Positions 1 through 12,862 of a DNA stretch of 55,182 bases are shown in pieces. This DNA is from Hydrurus foetidus (Eukaryota). The translations under genes were made by a program, and so were the position numbers. The stretch spans positions 1 through 55,182 of the forward strand of contig UYFQ01000193.1 in NCBI GenBank assembly GCA_900617105.1, in the 5' to 3' direction. The stretch's first letter is position 1. Each line of letters opens with the position of its first letter. The notes under the pieces were generated by a model. It was not told the origin of the DNA. It saw only the letters and a program-made list of their open reading frames with translations, and did no database searches.

Positions 1-77
1 TGGTTCGGATCGGGGACGATCCGAGCCATCCGATTCATGACTTGCCTATCTCTGTGTTTATCTGTAAGCTAACCACA
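1..77 (+). repeat. Gypsy 5' LTR, 3' portion only
   Basis: Near-identical to 7200-7275; ends CACA, the inverse of the TGTG that starts the 3' LTR. Confidence 0.8.
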
Positions 78-719
78 TTCTTTAGCAATAGCACCAGCAC
101 ACAGCTGCCTTCCTCTTGCCCACGCGCCCCGTCCCATCAGACCCACCGCTGAGCCCATAGTTAGGCCACAATACTAGTATTTGGACCAACTTGGTGCTCT
201 TTTTAGAGACCAGTTCCAAAAAGCGTTCCAAAAACATCGCCACGACCCGTAAAACGGCGTGCAAACAAGCTAGTAACTTGGAAACAAGTGAAAACAACGT
301 CGAAAGACACTACAAAGGCTACGTCTAACCGACAGCCTCTGAAACGCTTTAGTTAAAAAGCTCGAGTCGTCGATATTTTCGCGACAAAATCGTGACGGCT
401 TCAAAACTCGAAGCCTAACGAAGCAAGTAGCTCTGAGTCGAGCAAAAGCAAGTCCCATCGTTATAGAAACGAAAGCTGGCCAAAACGCCCGCAGTTTAGT
501 TCCTTGAGAGGTTCAAACCGCCAGGCAATTTTTCGAGCGATTTCCGACGAAATCGCGCGAAAGTAAACCACCAACAGCTCCGTCAGTTAAAGGATCCTAC
601 GATCCCACGACATCATAGCTGCGGGGTTATATCCTCAGCTCCATAGAGAGCCGCGTCCGAGTTCCGTCGCTGTCCAAGACCCCAAGATCCACGCGTTTAA
701 GACTCAAGACAAAAGTCCC

Positions 720-3669
720 ATGACAAGGGCCCAAATAAAGAAGAAAGCGGCTGCTAACGCAGCCGCCTCTGCTTCTTCAGCTCCAAGCGCTTCGCGCAGT
801 GCTCCTCTCACTGAGAAGGAAAAGCACAAAGCGGAGCAGGCCCTTGTAAAGCAAAACATCGAGAAATCGATACAGGCTCTGGCCAAAGAAGCAATACATG
901 TTTCGGCTACCCCAACTCGTCTTGAGGACGAAGAATTTTTTCAAAGCGTCTTAGCAGCAACAAAAGAAATGCAAGCAGCTCACAAACTAGAGCAAGCACA
1001 AATAGCTGCTGCACAAGCTGCTGCCGACGCTTTAGAACCCTCAAACGACGAGCTCCTCGGGTTGGCACCCGAGGAAGCCGAGGGCGAGACAGACTCTCCC
1101 CTAGATACCCGCGGGTACTTAAAAAGAGGGGAGAAACTCGATACTCCCTCCGCGACTGCAACAGATCTGTGCAGAGGACGACCTGTTCGAACCATCAGTC
1201 GACGCCGAAGTCAAACAAAAAGGCATCCGACACCGGCAAGGCCGAGGCCGACGCCGAGTCAGATCCGGAGGCTGACGCCGACGGTGACGACAATGCCAAC
1301 AACAACGACGACGACAAACCCCCCGACGAGTCCGACGACGACAACGACAGTAACGTCGACGACGTTAACGACACGGGAGGCGATGGTGGCAACCCCGACA
1401 GCTCCTCCGACGAGTCCGACGCAAGTAGTGGCGACGGGGACGACGGAGAGGGTGACGGGGAGGATGACGGAACGACAACAGCGACGACGATGAAGCGAAA
1501 GCTGAAGTCGAAGTCGAAGACGACGAGGAGGTCGAACCCGAAAAGTCTAAGCCCAAGGACAAGAAGTCCCTTAAGATAAAACCCCTCGCCAAGAAAAAGT
1601 CCCCAAAGGCGGGTCCCAAACCCGCCCCAAAGGACAAAAAGGTGAAAACCAAAGCCGATGCCAAATCCGGTAAAACACACCGCGCGCAAAAGGCGGAAAA
1701 CTCGGAAGAGGATTCCCCTCCACAACGCAAAGCGGGTTTGCAAACCTCCATCATCAACATGAAGGAGGCGTACTACCTCACTCGAGAAAAACTTCTCGAC
1801 GACGCTGATAAAGCAGCAAGAGCGTTTTACGAACAAGCATACCGCCCCGGTATGTTAACCAGTTGGGAAATGCTAATCGAAATGGATGCCATCCAAACGA
1901 TCCGCGACCAGTTGCTTCGATGCAAAAGCGAGACAGGTTACAACACCAAGACTTGTCTCGCCTGGCCAACGGTCGACGGCAAAACGTTAACGTTAAAGAA
2001 CATTGCAAATGATCTTTAAAAGATCTTTTACAAAAACAAACGTACGTCTTCCCATTTCGACTTCGAAATGAAGTTAAAAAATTGCAAATTCCGCATCAGC
2101 TGGAAAGATCCTTCCGTTGAAGACAGAGCTCTCTCTGAGTTCCGTGACATCCTACTCGGATTCTGGACGTCATACGACAATATCGATGCCGACATGCAAA
2201 ATGACATCTGTAAGGCCTTCTACAAGAAGCTGCCAAAGAACAACAAGTTTACAGACAATTTCATGGCAAAGACAAAACGTAAGACGAAAAAGACCGGGAA
2301 AGATACCATCTTCAAAATGCTCACGCGTCTTGTCGTCATGCTGGGCGAAGCACGCCAGATGATCAAAGACGCGGAGGACATGGGAGGTCTCGACTTCGTC
2401 TTCGAGTCAAAGCTCACGCCAACCGACCAAGACGACGCTGAGGTCGCGCCTCACCGTGACAGCCACTCGGCTAACGCCTACAAGGCAATCCCAAAACGTC
2501 AGGTGGACCCTGAGTCGTCCGGCCTCAGCCGGGCGACCAACTTCTGTCACACCTGTGGCAAAAAGGGACACAACCGTTACGAATGCCAAAACCACATGAA
2601 CCCTCACTGCAACCGTAGCCATCGCACTTGGTCGCAGTCTGAGGAGGCAAAGGACTTCAAACGGATTGGTCACGAATTCTTCGTACCAAATGTGTACATC
2701 AACGGGGAACTTACCCGGGACACCAACAATCCCGGGGCAGCTACCTACGTGTATCCATCTGACGATGTTGAGAACGACTTCTCTCCTCCAGGGAGAGCCC
2801 AAGACGACCGTCCGACCAAGAAACAAAAGCTGGCCACCAACAACAACAACAAGTACAACAAGTACAAGAGCAACCAGACTCAACCGGATAGGGACAACGA
2901 TCGTTCCAACACGAACAAGTTGAGCTCCAACTACAAGGGAAAAAGTAAGTCACAACTTGCTAACCCAATTACGGACATAATCGAGTACGCTCGAGAATTA
3001 CCGTCAATGAAACAACTTCTATCAGCTGTATTAACTGAAAACATAGATGATTTCTTACAAGTTCACATATCTCTACCACAGATCCGATCGCCAACTTCAA
3101 ACCAAGTCGCGACCGACCTGACGATCGCAGGGACAACTCGCACCAGGCGGAGAGCAAGGAGACGGACAGACATAAGTCCTCTTCTTCCTCCTCCTCCAAC
3201 CAATACGTGCCAAACTAGAGGCATGGAAGCCTTGGCCCAAATCGACACTGGATGTCAAGTCGGGGACGTCATCAACGGCAGAGTCCTTCGGGGCCTCCGC
3301 GGCGAAACCCACTTGCGAAATTCCGACTCACCCATGTGGATGTGTAGTGGCTTAAATAATCAATGTGTAGAATCTACAAATGTGCTTGATATTGTTGTAT
3401 CATTTAATAAAGACGATTTAAAACACACTTATAGTCTTCCTGTCCGAATAGCTCCGGAGTCAAAAGTCGATCTAATCTTAGGATTACAGACTATAAAAAA
3501 CTTCAATTTGGTAAAAATTACACCAGAGTTCTTCCAGAACCTAGACAAAATAACGCCTAGTGCGATACCGGCTTCACCGCCGAAGAAACAAAGGGTGTCG
3601 TTCTCGGCTGAGGACGATGCGCAAGTACCACATACGGTACTCATAGACACCGAACTACCCCCGAGGTAA
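720..3669 (+). pseudogene. gag: Gypsy Gag-protease ORF with long acidic/basic N-terminal region; two frameshifts (~1150, ~1470) and an in-frame TAA at 2017-2019
   Basis: ORFs at 720, 1169, 1642 and 2068 join up (1642 and 2068 share a frame). Zinc knuckle CHTCGKKGHNRYEC; aspartic protease ALAQIDTG...DLILG. Confidence 0.75.
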
Positions 3670-3802
3670 TATCAGCCGAATCAGCGTCAGCAGACACAAT
3701 CCAAACGGAAATTCCTTTACCGTTACTAACGGAAAAGGACACTGTCCAAAAGGAAAGTAAAATAGCTGACCAGGGTCCCCACTACCTCCTGGCATTTCTG
3801 TC

Positions 3803-5848
3803 ATGGAGGGCATAAATCCCTCGACTACAGACTTTCCCCGGCAGGATAACCTGGTAGCTCGAGGTGCTTGTACACACAAGACTTGCAACTCTTCATGCGG
3901 GTGTTCTACAAGCTCAGCGACGGCAGTTGCTCAGCTTGCTTCCGATGAGTCCATACTACGCACCACCAATTTGACAACACTAGTGTTGCCACTTCCGCGT
4001 CAGAATGGATCTGGTGTAAAAACCAAAAGGCGTAAGAGAGTAGCTACTCTTACACCCTCATCCATAACACCAACCGAAACGCGTGGTATTGCGGCAGCTC
4101 TACTTAGGGAGGAAGACGAAGACCTCCCTGAGGTTCGGTCTTTCCGTGATAAGGAAGGGATCGACTACAAGTCGAAGGATACCTTCGCTCCTTTTCAAGA
4201 CAATCCAAACGACGATTCGATGTACTTAATTGATTTAATACATATCGATGGTACACCAACTGAGATTGCCGAAATTAAAGCGATTTGCATAAAACACAAA
4301 TCACTTTTCAAAAACGAGCTGGGTCCAGAACCCGCTCGAATTCCCCCTTTCGATTTCAAAAAGGTAAACATACCTCAATGGAAACACTTCCGTAATCGGG
4401 GTGCTCCCAGAGTCGCTTCAACTATGCGACAAGAGGAAATCAGGAAACAAATCGTAGCAATGCTCAAAAAGGGAATAATAAAACCATCAGATGCCTCATA
4501 TTACTCCCAAGTAATACTTGCGAATAAACCAGACGGTTCACTCCGATTCTGCATAGATTACAGGAACCTCAATGAGGCAACCGAATCTGCAAGTTGGCCG
4601 ATCCCAAATATAAAACAAATGTTATACAGACTTGGCGCGCAACGGCCAAACGTATTCGGCGTAATCGACCTTACGGCCGGATACCACCAAGCCCCAATAA
4701 CACTGGCGGCACAAGTATTTACCGCATTTATAACATTTATGGGTATATACCAATTCACACGACTACCATTCGGTCCCAAGATGGCCCCATCATACTTTCA
4801 ACAGATGATGGCGTCAATAGTACTACTTGGCCTTATATACAGCATCTGTGAAGTCTATTTAGACGACATCATCATATATGCTGATGGACACATACAATTC
4901 TGTGAACGTTTAGAAACATTGTTTCAACGTCTAGAAGATAAAAACATTTCACTCAAAGCTGCAAAGCTAAGACTTAACGTCAAAGTAGTTGAATATGTTG
5001 GTAGACAAATATCTAAGGAAGGTATATCAATGAGCTCCAAAAAGATAACGGGTGTGACTGACTTTCCGATGCCAAGAAAGACAACTGAACTACGTTCGTT
5101 CCTCGGTCTCACCAATTACTTTAGGGATCATGTACCAAATCACTCAAATGTGGTAGCACCGCTACACAAAATGATAGATCACGCCGCCAAAAAGCAAACA
5201 TTGCTTGTCTGGACAGACGAAGCGGCCGACGCGTTTACGTTAGTCAAAGATCTTATCTCCAAGAGTCCCTTATTATATTTCATCGACGATGTAGCACCTA
5301 TTACCCTCATGACAGATGCGTCTGACTACGGTATAGGTGGTTATTTATATCAAGAAGTCGACGGAGTCAAACAACTCGTCGCTCTCGTTAGCAAATCTCT
5401 TACCAAGACCCAGTTGAAATGGTCCGTAATACAAAAAGAGGCTTACGCCCTTTACTTTTGCTGTGACTATCTCGACGCCCTGCTACGAGATCGTAAGTTT
5501 ACTATCCTGACCGATCACAAAAATCTTACTTTCCTGCACAAGGATAAAAATGAGATGGTCGGAAGATGGCGCTGTGCGCTACAGGAATTAGATTTTACGA
5601 TAGGGTATATCCCTGGGAAAAATAATGAAGTCGCTGACGCAATGTCACGCCTATGTAAAAACAAGATGCCGAAACACATCATAACAGCAATCCTAACTTG
5701 CAAACCGCTTGCAGCGGAAATATATGCATACTTAATGCGTGTCCACAACTCTACCGTTGGGCACGGAGGATTCAATCGCACTTTGCGAAACCTAAAAAAT
5801 AGGGAAAGTATGGGAAGGCATGAGACACGATATAAGAGCATACATTAA
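3803..5848 (+). CDS. pol: Gypsy Pol: reverse transcriptase, RNase H and start of the integrase zinc-binding region
   Basis: Motifs LRFCIDYRNLN, IDLTAGYHQ, RLPFG, YLDD, TDASDYGIGG, TDHKNL, ADAMSR. Confidence 0.93.
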   Translation: MEGINPSTTDFPRQDNLVARGACTHKTCNSSCGCSTSSATAVAQLASDESILRTTNLTTLVLPLPRQNGSGVKTKRRKRVATLTPSSITPTETRGIAAALLREEDEDLPEVRSFRDKEGIDYKSKDTFAPFQDNPNDDSMYLIDLIHIDGTPTEIAEIKAICIKHKSLFKNELGPEPARIPPFDFKKVNIPQWKHFRNRGAPRVASTMRQEEIRKQIVAMLKKGIIKPSDASYYSQVILANKPDGSLRFCIDYRNLNEATESASWPIPNIKQMLYRLGAQRPNVFGVIDLTAGYHQAPITLAAQVFTAFITFMGIYQFTRLPFGPKMAPSYFQQMMASIVLLGLIYSICEVYLDDIIIYADGHIQFCERLETLFQRLEDKNISLKAAKLRLNVKVVEYVGRQISKEGISMSSKKITGVTDFPMPRKTTELRSFLGLTNYFRDHVPNHSNVVAPLHKMIDHAAKKQTLLVWTDEAADAFTLVKDLISKSPLLYFIDDVAPITLMTDASDYGIGGYLYQEVDGVKQLVALVSKSLTKTQLKWSVIQKEAYALYFCCDYLDALLRDRKFTILTDHKNLTFLHKDKNEMVGRWRCALQELDFTIGYIPGKNNEVADAMSRLCKNKMPKHIITAILTCKPLAAEIYAYLMRVHNSTVGHGGFNRTLRNLKNRESMGRHETRYKSIH

Positions 5849-7007
5849 ACAATGCCCGTGTTGCCAAAAGATGTCTGCTGACAAACAAAAACCCGTCACC
5901 CATCGTTTCACAACATCAACATATGCACCTATGGAATGCATAAACATAGACTTTATTGGTCCATTCCCGGATAAAGGATACATCCTTGTTATGGTAGACA
6001 CCTTCACAAGGTTTGTCGAACTATCAGCCACAACTGATAATACTGCAAAATCGGCCGTAACAGGCCTAATAGAACACATCGGTCGCTACGGAGCTCCCAA
6101 ATTCCTGCGATCCGATAACGGTCCCCATTTCGTAAACAAAATCCTCGAGGAATTTGTAAAAGTTGCCGGTACAACACACAACCTTATTCTACCATACTCT
6201 TCGCAAGAAAACTCGATAGTAGAGCGTATGAATAAGGAAATTAACCGACACATCACGGCATTTACATTTGACCGTGCAACTACGGAAAACTACCGAGAAA
6301 TTTTACCATTCGTACAACGAATTATAAATACGACATTCAACGTACGGACACAGTCAACAGCAGCAAAGCTTATATACGGCAATGCTATTGACCTTGATGC
6401 CAACATCCTTCTCCCTCGAGATGAGATAAACTTAGACATGGCTCATGTCACCCATTCTACTGAGAAAATTATGCAGATGCAAGATGAACTCATCAGAATC
6501 ACTGCTGAACTACTCAAAGAAGCGGACGAGAAACGCAAAGCAGGCGGTTCCACCGACTACACAACGTTCGAAATCGACTCGTTGGTACTGGTTACCCACC
6601 GCACATCAAAACCAACACGCATGCACACTTTATGGAAAGGTCCCATGCAAGTGGTCGCAAACGATCTCGACGAGTATACACTACTCGATCTTATTACCAA
6701 CCGCGAAAAAAGATACCATGTATCAAATATTAAACAATTTGAGTTTGACCCCACAAAGGTCAACCCAACCGATATCGCCCGACGAGATTATCTCGAGTTC
6801 TTTATCGAAGATATCCTAGCAATGGAAGGGAACATCCGAGTGGTGGGAACATTAAAATTTCACGTCAAGTGGCTAAATTATCCCCACGACAGAAACACTT
6901 GGGAACCGTGGAAAAACATGCGTGACGCTGAAAAAGTCCACGAGTTCTTAATTGCTAAAAACCTAAAACACTTGATTCCAAGTAAATTCGCTGCAAATTA
7001 TCGTTAA
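5820..7007 (+). CDS. Gypsy integrase with C-terminal chromodomain, frameshifted from RT-RNaseH near the A-run at ~5795
   Basis: CPCCQK, IDFIGP, SDNGPHF, ERMN, GPY/F-like WKGP, chromodomain IEDIL...FHVKWLNYPHDRNTWEPWKNM. Confidence 0.9.
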   Translation: MRHDIRAYIKQCPCCQKMSADKQKPVTHRFTTSTYAPMECINIDFIGPFPDKGYILVMVDTFTRFVELSATTDNTAKSAVTGLIEHIGRYGAPKFLRSDNGPHFVNKILEEFVKVAGTTHNLILPYSSQENSIVERMNKEINRHITAFTFDRATTENYREILPFVQRIINTTFNVRTQSTAAKLIYGNAIDLDANILLPRDEINLDMAHVTHSTEKIMQMQDELIRITAELLKEADEKRKAGGSTDYTTFEIDSLVLVTHRTSKPTRMHTLWKGPMQVVANDLDEYTLLDLITNREKRYHVSNIKQFEFDPTKVNPTDIARRDYLEFFIEDILAMEGNIRVVGTLKFHVKWLNYPHDRNTWEPWKNMRDAEKVHEFLIAKNLKHLIPSKFAANYR

Positions 7008-7154
7008 CCGATACACAGTATGAAACACATAGGTTTACAAAAAAAAAAAAATCAATCTTAGACCTGAAATAGTAGTTATATGTTAGTATTTAAGCATAGA
7101 TAAATTTGTTCATGAAAATTTAGTACACCCTTTTTTTCGAGAGAGGGAGGCCAT

Positions 7155-7275
7155 TGTGACCCGCACAGCTGTACAGCTGTACGGGTACCGGCGTACGTTC
7201 GGTTCGGATCGAGGACGATCCGAGCCATCCGATTCATGACTTGCCTATCTCTGTGTTTATCTGTAAGCTAAAACA
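7155..7275 (+). repeat. Gypsy 3' LTR (~121 bp)
   Basis: TG start 4 nt after the PPT, ends AACA, matches 1-77. The right boundary is slightly uncertain. Confidence 0.8.
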
Positions 7276-7682
7276 TCTTTAGCTAGAATGGAACATTTGG
7301 CGTCAGCCTTTGACGCATTGAAGTTAAGTAGCTAGGTTTTGGTGCATGTTCAAGCAAGAATCAAGCGTTAGAAGAATCTTACCTGCTGTCGCAGATACTC
7401 TGTATGGTTTGGAGATGGTGTCTTCGGGATGCTTGATTTCTGTCGTGATGAAAATTTCCAGAGGAAGGAGTAGCGGCTATAGCTGCTATGATAGACATGT
7501 TGAGGAACTGCTGATTCACTTTACCAACAGGAGTGAAGCTGCATTTTCTACTGTGCTATGAGTTGAGGAATATGATAGTTCGGAGTTTGGAGATGCGAGG
7601 GTACAGGAGCGGAGAAAGAAAAGTACGGGATCCTGGGGAAAACGGTGGAAATAATAAAAACACCTTTGGCACGCCATAACCG

Positions 7683-10600
7683 TGTTGGAATTATGAGATT
7701 CCAAGTGGGTGAAACCGATAACCATCTGAGGTCAACAAGAGTAAAACGGTATAAGATATTGTTGAGATCATTTGATGAGTGGAGACTGAACTGCAATCGT
7801 AGTGGACATGAATATGAATAGCTACATACTGCTGTTACCTCAGTTCTAATTAACAAGTAACCTTTATTTCGAAGCTGCTCCGTGTTACGAGCCTTGGTGA
7901 GATTGTAGCGCGGAATTTCACTCACGATTATCACACCTTGATATCGGAGATTCGCGCGGCTAAATCTCTTATTTCCACCATAATTAGAACGCATCCGCAA
8001 GAGGGACTACAACAAAGGATTGTGTGTACAACGCAAAATTAAAGAAGAAGATAAAATGGCAAGCCTGAAGTCGGTTGCCAAGGACGGTCCAACCATGCTA
8101 CTATTCGGAAGATTAAACAATTTCATGGCATGGAAGACAGAAAGACTGAACGTATGCTGCAAAGAATTCGGATTCCTGGCCAACGTACTAAAAACCAATG
8201 AGCCCTACGTACCCGATCCAGTCCAACCAGCAGACTATATGCCAGCCGCCGCAGACGAAGGCGAAGAAGAATTGCCGGCACTTGGAGCGGCAGCGATAGC
8301 TGCACTCAGACTCGATGCAGAAAAACTGAGAAATAAGGCGATCTCAAAGCTAAAGGATGATGCACCCAAGCTGTACGCCACACTTTGGGAAACACTGTCG
8401 CTGTAATCGAAAGAAGAAATCCGGCAGCACGAAAATTACGAAGAGGCGGACCTGGCCCAAAATCCCAACACCTTATGGACAATCATCGTGGAAACCCATG
8501 TGACAGCGATTCACGGTGCTGGACCAGAGATGCGAGAGCTTGAAATCGTTACACTCAAGACGAAATTCAACGCCATCAGACAGAAGCCCAACGTGACGAT
8601 AGGAGAGTTTAAGAAAGAATTCGATGATCAGATCAGTGTGATCACGGGAGCAGGAGTGGACCCGCCTCCACAACCGGAACTGGCTATTCTATTCTTGACG
8701 AGACTGGACCCTACCCGACACGCATCGATGATGGCCCATCTAACCAACAACGCGACTCTTGGAATTGCATTCCCGCAAACGCTCCATGCCGCATGGACGA
8801 TTGCCTCTAGTTGGCAGGCTGCCGTATCCAAGCAACTGCCCGGAGGCGAAATGTACTCCGTATTCACTCTGGCTGACGATGACCGCAAAGAACCTGGCCG
8901 TGGTAGAGTACGGGGTGGGCATGGTAGAGATGGTGGGGGACAAAGAGGGCCAGGCGGGAGATGGAACCAGAAGGGACAGCCACCTCAACAAAACCAAAAG
9001 GCACCGCCACCTCAACAACAACCACCTGTCGTCGAGAATAGAACCTGCCGAGGGTGCCTAACAAAGGGGCACCTTTGGGCGAATTGTCCCGACAACCCTG
9101 ACAGTACACAAGCTGTTATGGTCACCACCGAAGACCCTGATTACGAAGACGACATGAGCACGTACGATGCAGCGTTTATTTGCACATCAGGGAGAGAAGA
9201 CGCAGTTGTCTTTTTCACGAGCGCCGACATCCTCCTAGACAATCAGGCCTCGCGGTCGATCTTTTGTAACAGTCAACTTCTAACAAGCATCAAAGACTCA
9301 ACTCCATTTTACATTGGGGGAATCGATTCATCGCGTGAGGGAATGTTGGTCAAGCATCAGGGGTGTTTCGACGATTACGGGAATGTAGCCTTTCAACCTA
9401 ATGCGGCCGCCAACGTTATATCAGTCGCAGAAGCTCTCAACAGAGGATGCACCGTCGCGTACAGCTCTCCAGATGATGTGTACACGCTGGGAGTCTTTGG
9501 AAGTACATATCTATTCTCTAGAAAGTACGTGGGTGGCAAACTGTCGAGTCACTATACATGCGATATGACAGCAGAAAATGCACTCATCACAACAGTTGCC
9601 AATAACATGAGAAATTACACTCCACGAGAAGTGTCGCACGCTCGAGCTGCACGTCAACTAATGCTCAACTTAGCCCACGCGTCGTCAGCAGCGACTATGG
9701 ATATGTTAGACTCTGGAATCTTAAACTGCTCTGTGACAAAAACGGATGTACGCAACGCCGACGCCATATTCGGGCCGTCTATCCCATCCTTGAAAGGGAA
9801 AACTGCCAAACAAGCCTCTGCAGTGAGTCCGAATATTCTCGCACCACGCGTGACGCAAGTGGAGCAAGTCATGGCAGTAGATGTTTTCTTCGTCAAGAAA
9901 CTTCAATTCCTTCTCGGTGTCCTATCTCCGTTAGGGCTATCATTCTGTGTGCAATTGAAGAATAGAGGCGTGGAGTGTATGTCCTCTGCGCTGACATCAT
10001 TTCTCTCCACCGCCTCAAGTAGAGGGTTTGACTGCGTGTTGATAAAAAGCGACGGAGAAGGAGCAATCGGGGCGATGTCAACAGCTTTAAACTCGAAGGG
10101 AATCGTCATCGATACATCAGGACCAGGCCAGCACGTTCCAGTCGTAGAACGGAAAATTCAGACAATAAAGCAACGAGTACGCTCGTACGAAAACTCTCTG
10201 CCATTTGTTATGACAAAGCTATTGCTGATCATGTGCGTCTTGTTCTGCGTCTCTCGCCTGAACATGCAGTCGTCTCGAACGTCTCACGATCGCATCAGCC
10301 CGTTAGAGCAATTCACTGGTAGAAAACTCGATGCTTCTAAGGACCTACGAATTAACTTCGGCGACTACCTCCACGCGACTGTTCCAAATACCGACAACAC
10401 TATGGCACCTCGCACGCAGGGATGCGTTGCTCTCCTTCCTACAGGGAACCTGACGGGAAGCGTAAAAATGTGGTGCTTGTCAACCGATCATGTCGTGACA
10501 AGAGACCAGTTCAAAAGAATTCCAATGCCCGATATCATTGTCAATTATATTACGTCAAAAGCAATCAGCGAAGGCTACTCCCGCGGTGCGGACCCCGACA

Positions 10601-12862
10601 TCGGTCCCCTGGAAACCGATCCACGCAATATTGACAGCCTTTCACCTTTACCAACTATGATGGCTCTACACGACGATGCTGGCTCTACACGACGATGCTC
10701 TACACGACGATGCTGGCCGATATTTCCAACGATATGTCCAATGAAGGGGTGATTGAGCCAGCTGTACCCTCTACATCGACATCGTCGACATTGCAGACCC
10801 AGTTTCAGGCTACAGTGCCAGCACCAGCAAGTTCAGCACCAGCAAGTTCATTAAATAATGATACGTTCCAAACAACTGATGACCGAAGTGTCGCAGCATC
10901 TGCACTACTAGACCTCGCTGGAGCTGGTGCCGATACGGAAACCGCATTAATCATGTCAGTCAAAGCAGCCCTTCGCGATAGAAAAGACGAGGCAACAACA
11001 GTACTGAAAGCTGAGCTAACTCAGATGAAAGTGAAGAAAGTATGGCACGGTGTGAAAACTCTCGACCTTACCTTGAAGCAGCGGAAGGCAATCATCAGCT
11101 CATCAATGTTCCTTAAGGATAAGTACCATGCATCTGGAGTCTTCGACAAATTCGAGGTGGACATCAGCATGACAAGAGCCTCTATGAGAACTTATCTTCC
11201 CCAACAGCTGCGTTGACATCAGTGTTCACAACCGCGACCATAGCAGCAAGTGAGGGGCGACAGCACATCGTAGTTGATATTGGGGGTGCTTTTCTGAATG
11301 CAGACATGGCACCAACTGGGATCGATGTCCACATGAGACTGAACAAGATCATGACAGATATGCTAATTGACATTGATGAGACAAATCGCAAATTTGTCGA
11401 TAAAGATGGGTCGATGGTGGTGCGACTCGACAAAGCACTGTATGGGTGCGTTGAGGCTTCAAATCTGTGGTACAACGATCTTCGCGGAAAACTAACTTCG
11501 AACGGCTTCCTGCCGAATCCATACGACAATTGTGTTTTCAACAAAGTTGGTGCCAGCGGATATCAGATGACAGTGGTGGTTCACGTCGACAATCTATTAG
11601 TCACCTGTGTCAGTGAGTCAGACATAGAAGCATTTTGTAGATATCTCAAGAAGGTATATCCTGAGACGAAGGAGACTCGAGGAGCGGTCGTGGATTACAT
11701 TGGAATGACTTTCGATTTCGCTACGGTGGGAGAAATCAAGGTGGCAATGGATAACTGTGTCAATGATATTTTACAACACTGCGGAGTTACGAATGTGAGA
11801 GCGACACCAGCAACCGCAACACTTTTCGATGTGCGCGATGCACCGAAGGCATCAGAACACGAGAGGAAATATTTTCACACATATGTAGCTAAGATGCTCT
11901 ATGTGGCCAAGAGAGTCAAACCGGAGTGTCTGACGGCAGTAGCATTTCTGTCAACGAGAGTGACTGTATGCGACCTTGACGACATGGCGAAGCTGCGTAG
12001 GCTACTCGGATATGTCCTCGGCACACGTGAGAGAGGAATCGTGTTCAGAATGGGAAAAGAACTTACAGTAAATGTCTTCAAAGATGCAGCGTATGGTGTG
12101 CATCAGAACAGTGGAAAATCGCACACCGGATGCGTGATCATTCTCGGCGAGCAGGGCCCACTGTACGCGAAATCTAGCAAGCAAAAAATTGTTACCAAAT
12201 CTTCTACTGAGGCTGAACTCGTCGGACTATCGGACACGGCTAGTCAGGCAATCCACACTCGCCGCTTCCTCATGGCGCAAGGGTATGACGTTGGACCGGC
12301 AAAGATACATCAAGATAACAAGAGCTGTATAGCTCTGCTAAAGAGAGGTGGACCTGGATCGGAAAGGTCGAGACATATCGATATCAGGTACTTCTGGGTC
12401 GCCGAGAGGGTGATCAATGGCGAGATCGCCATTGAGCATTTGGGGACGGAGAAAATGTTTGCAAACATCCTGACGAAGCCGATGCAAGGGTCGCAGTTCG
12501 AACTGGAAAGACAAGGACTGACGAACTGGTCGCCCTCAAGTTAAGATTCTCAGTTTAAGGGGTGTGTTGGAATTATGAGATTCCAAGTGGGTGAAACCGA
12601 TAACCATCTGAGGTCAACAAGAGTAAAACGGTATAAGATATTGTTGAGATCATTTGATGAGTGGAGACTGAACTGCAATCGTAGTGGACATGAATATGAA
12701 TAGCTACATACTGCTGTTACCTCAGTTCTAATTAACAAGTAACCTTTATTTCGAAGCTGCTCCGTGTTACGAGCCTTGGTGAGATTGTAGCGCGGAATTT
12801 CACTCACGATTATCACACCTTGATATCGGAGATTCGCGCGGCTAAATCTCTTATTTCCAACA
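7683..12862 (+). mobile_element. Ty1/Copia LTR retrotransposon A (full length, defective)
   Basis: 298-bp LTRs at 7683-7980 and 12565-12862. TSD AACCG at 7678-7682 and 12863-12867. PPT AAGGGGTG. Confidence 0.97.
8056..12544 (+). pseudogene. Copia A gag-pol polyprotein, disrupted
   Basis: CCHC CRGCLTKGHLWANC; protease LLDNQAS; integrase VDVFF/SDGEG/VERKI; RT KALYGCVE and HVDN; RNaseH SSTEAE. Lesions: stop at 8404, frameshifts at ~10700 and ~11155. Confidence 0.92.

Larger units (their letters stand above)
1..7275 (+). mobile_element. Ty3/Gypsy chromovirus-type LTR retrotransposon, degenerate; 5' LTR cut by the window edge
   Basis: 1-77 repeats at ~7200-7275. Domain order is Gag(CCHC)-protease-RT-RNaseH-integrase-chromodomain. 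A T-tract and polypurine tract (PPT) GAGAGAGGGAGG at 7139-7150 precede the 3' LTR. Confidence 0.93.

Noticed and set aside
1150..1493. Thr/Pro-rich mucin-like tail of ORF 720-1493
   Set aside because: Off-frame reading of the GAC-rich acidic tract after a frameshift.
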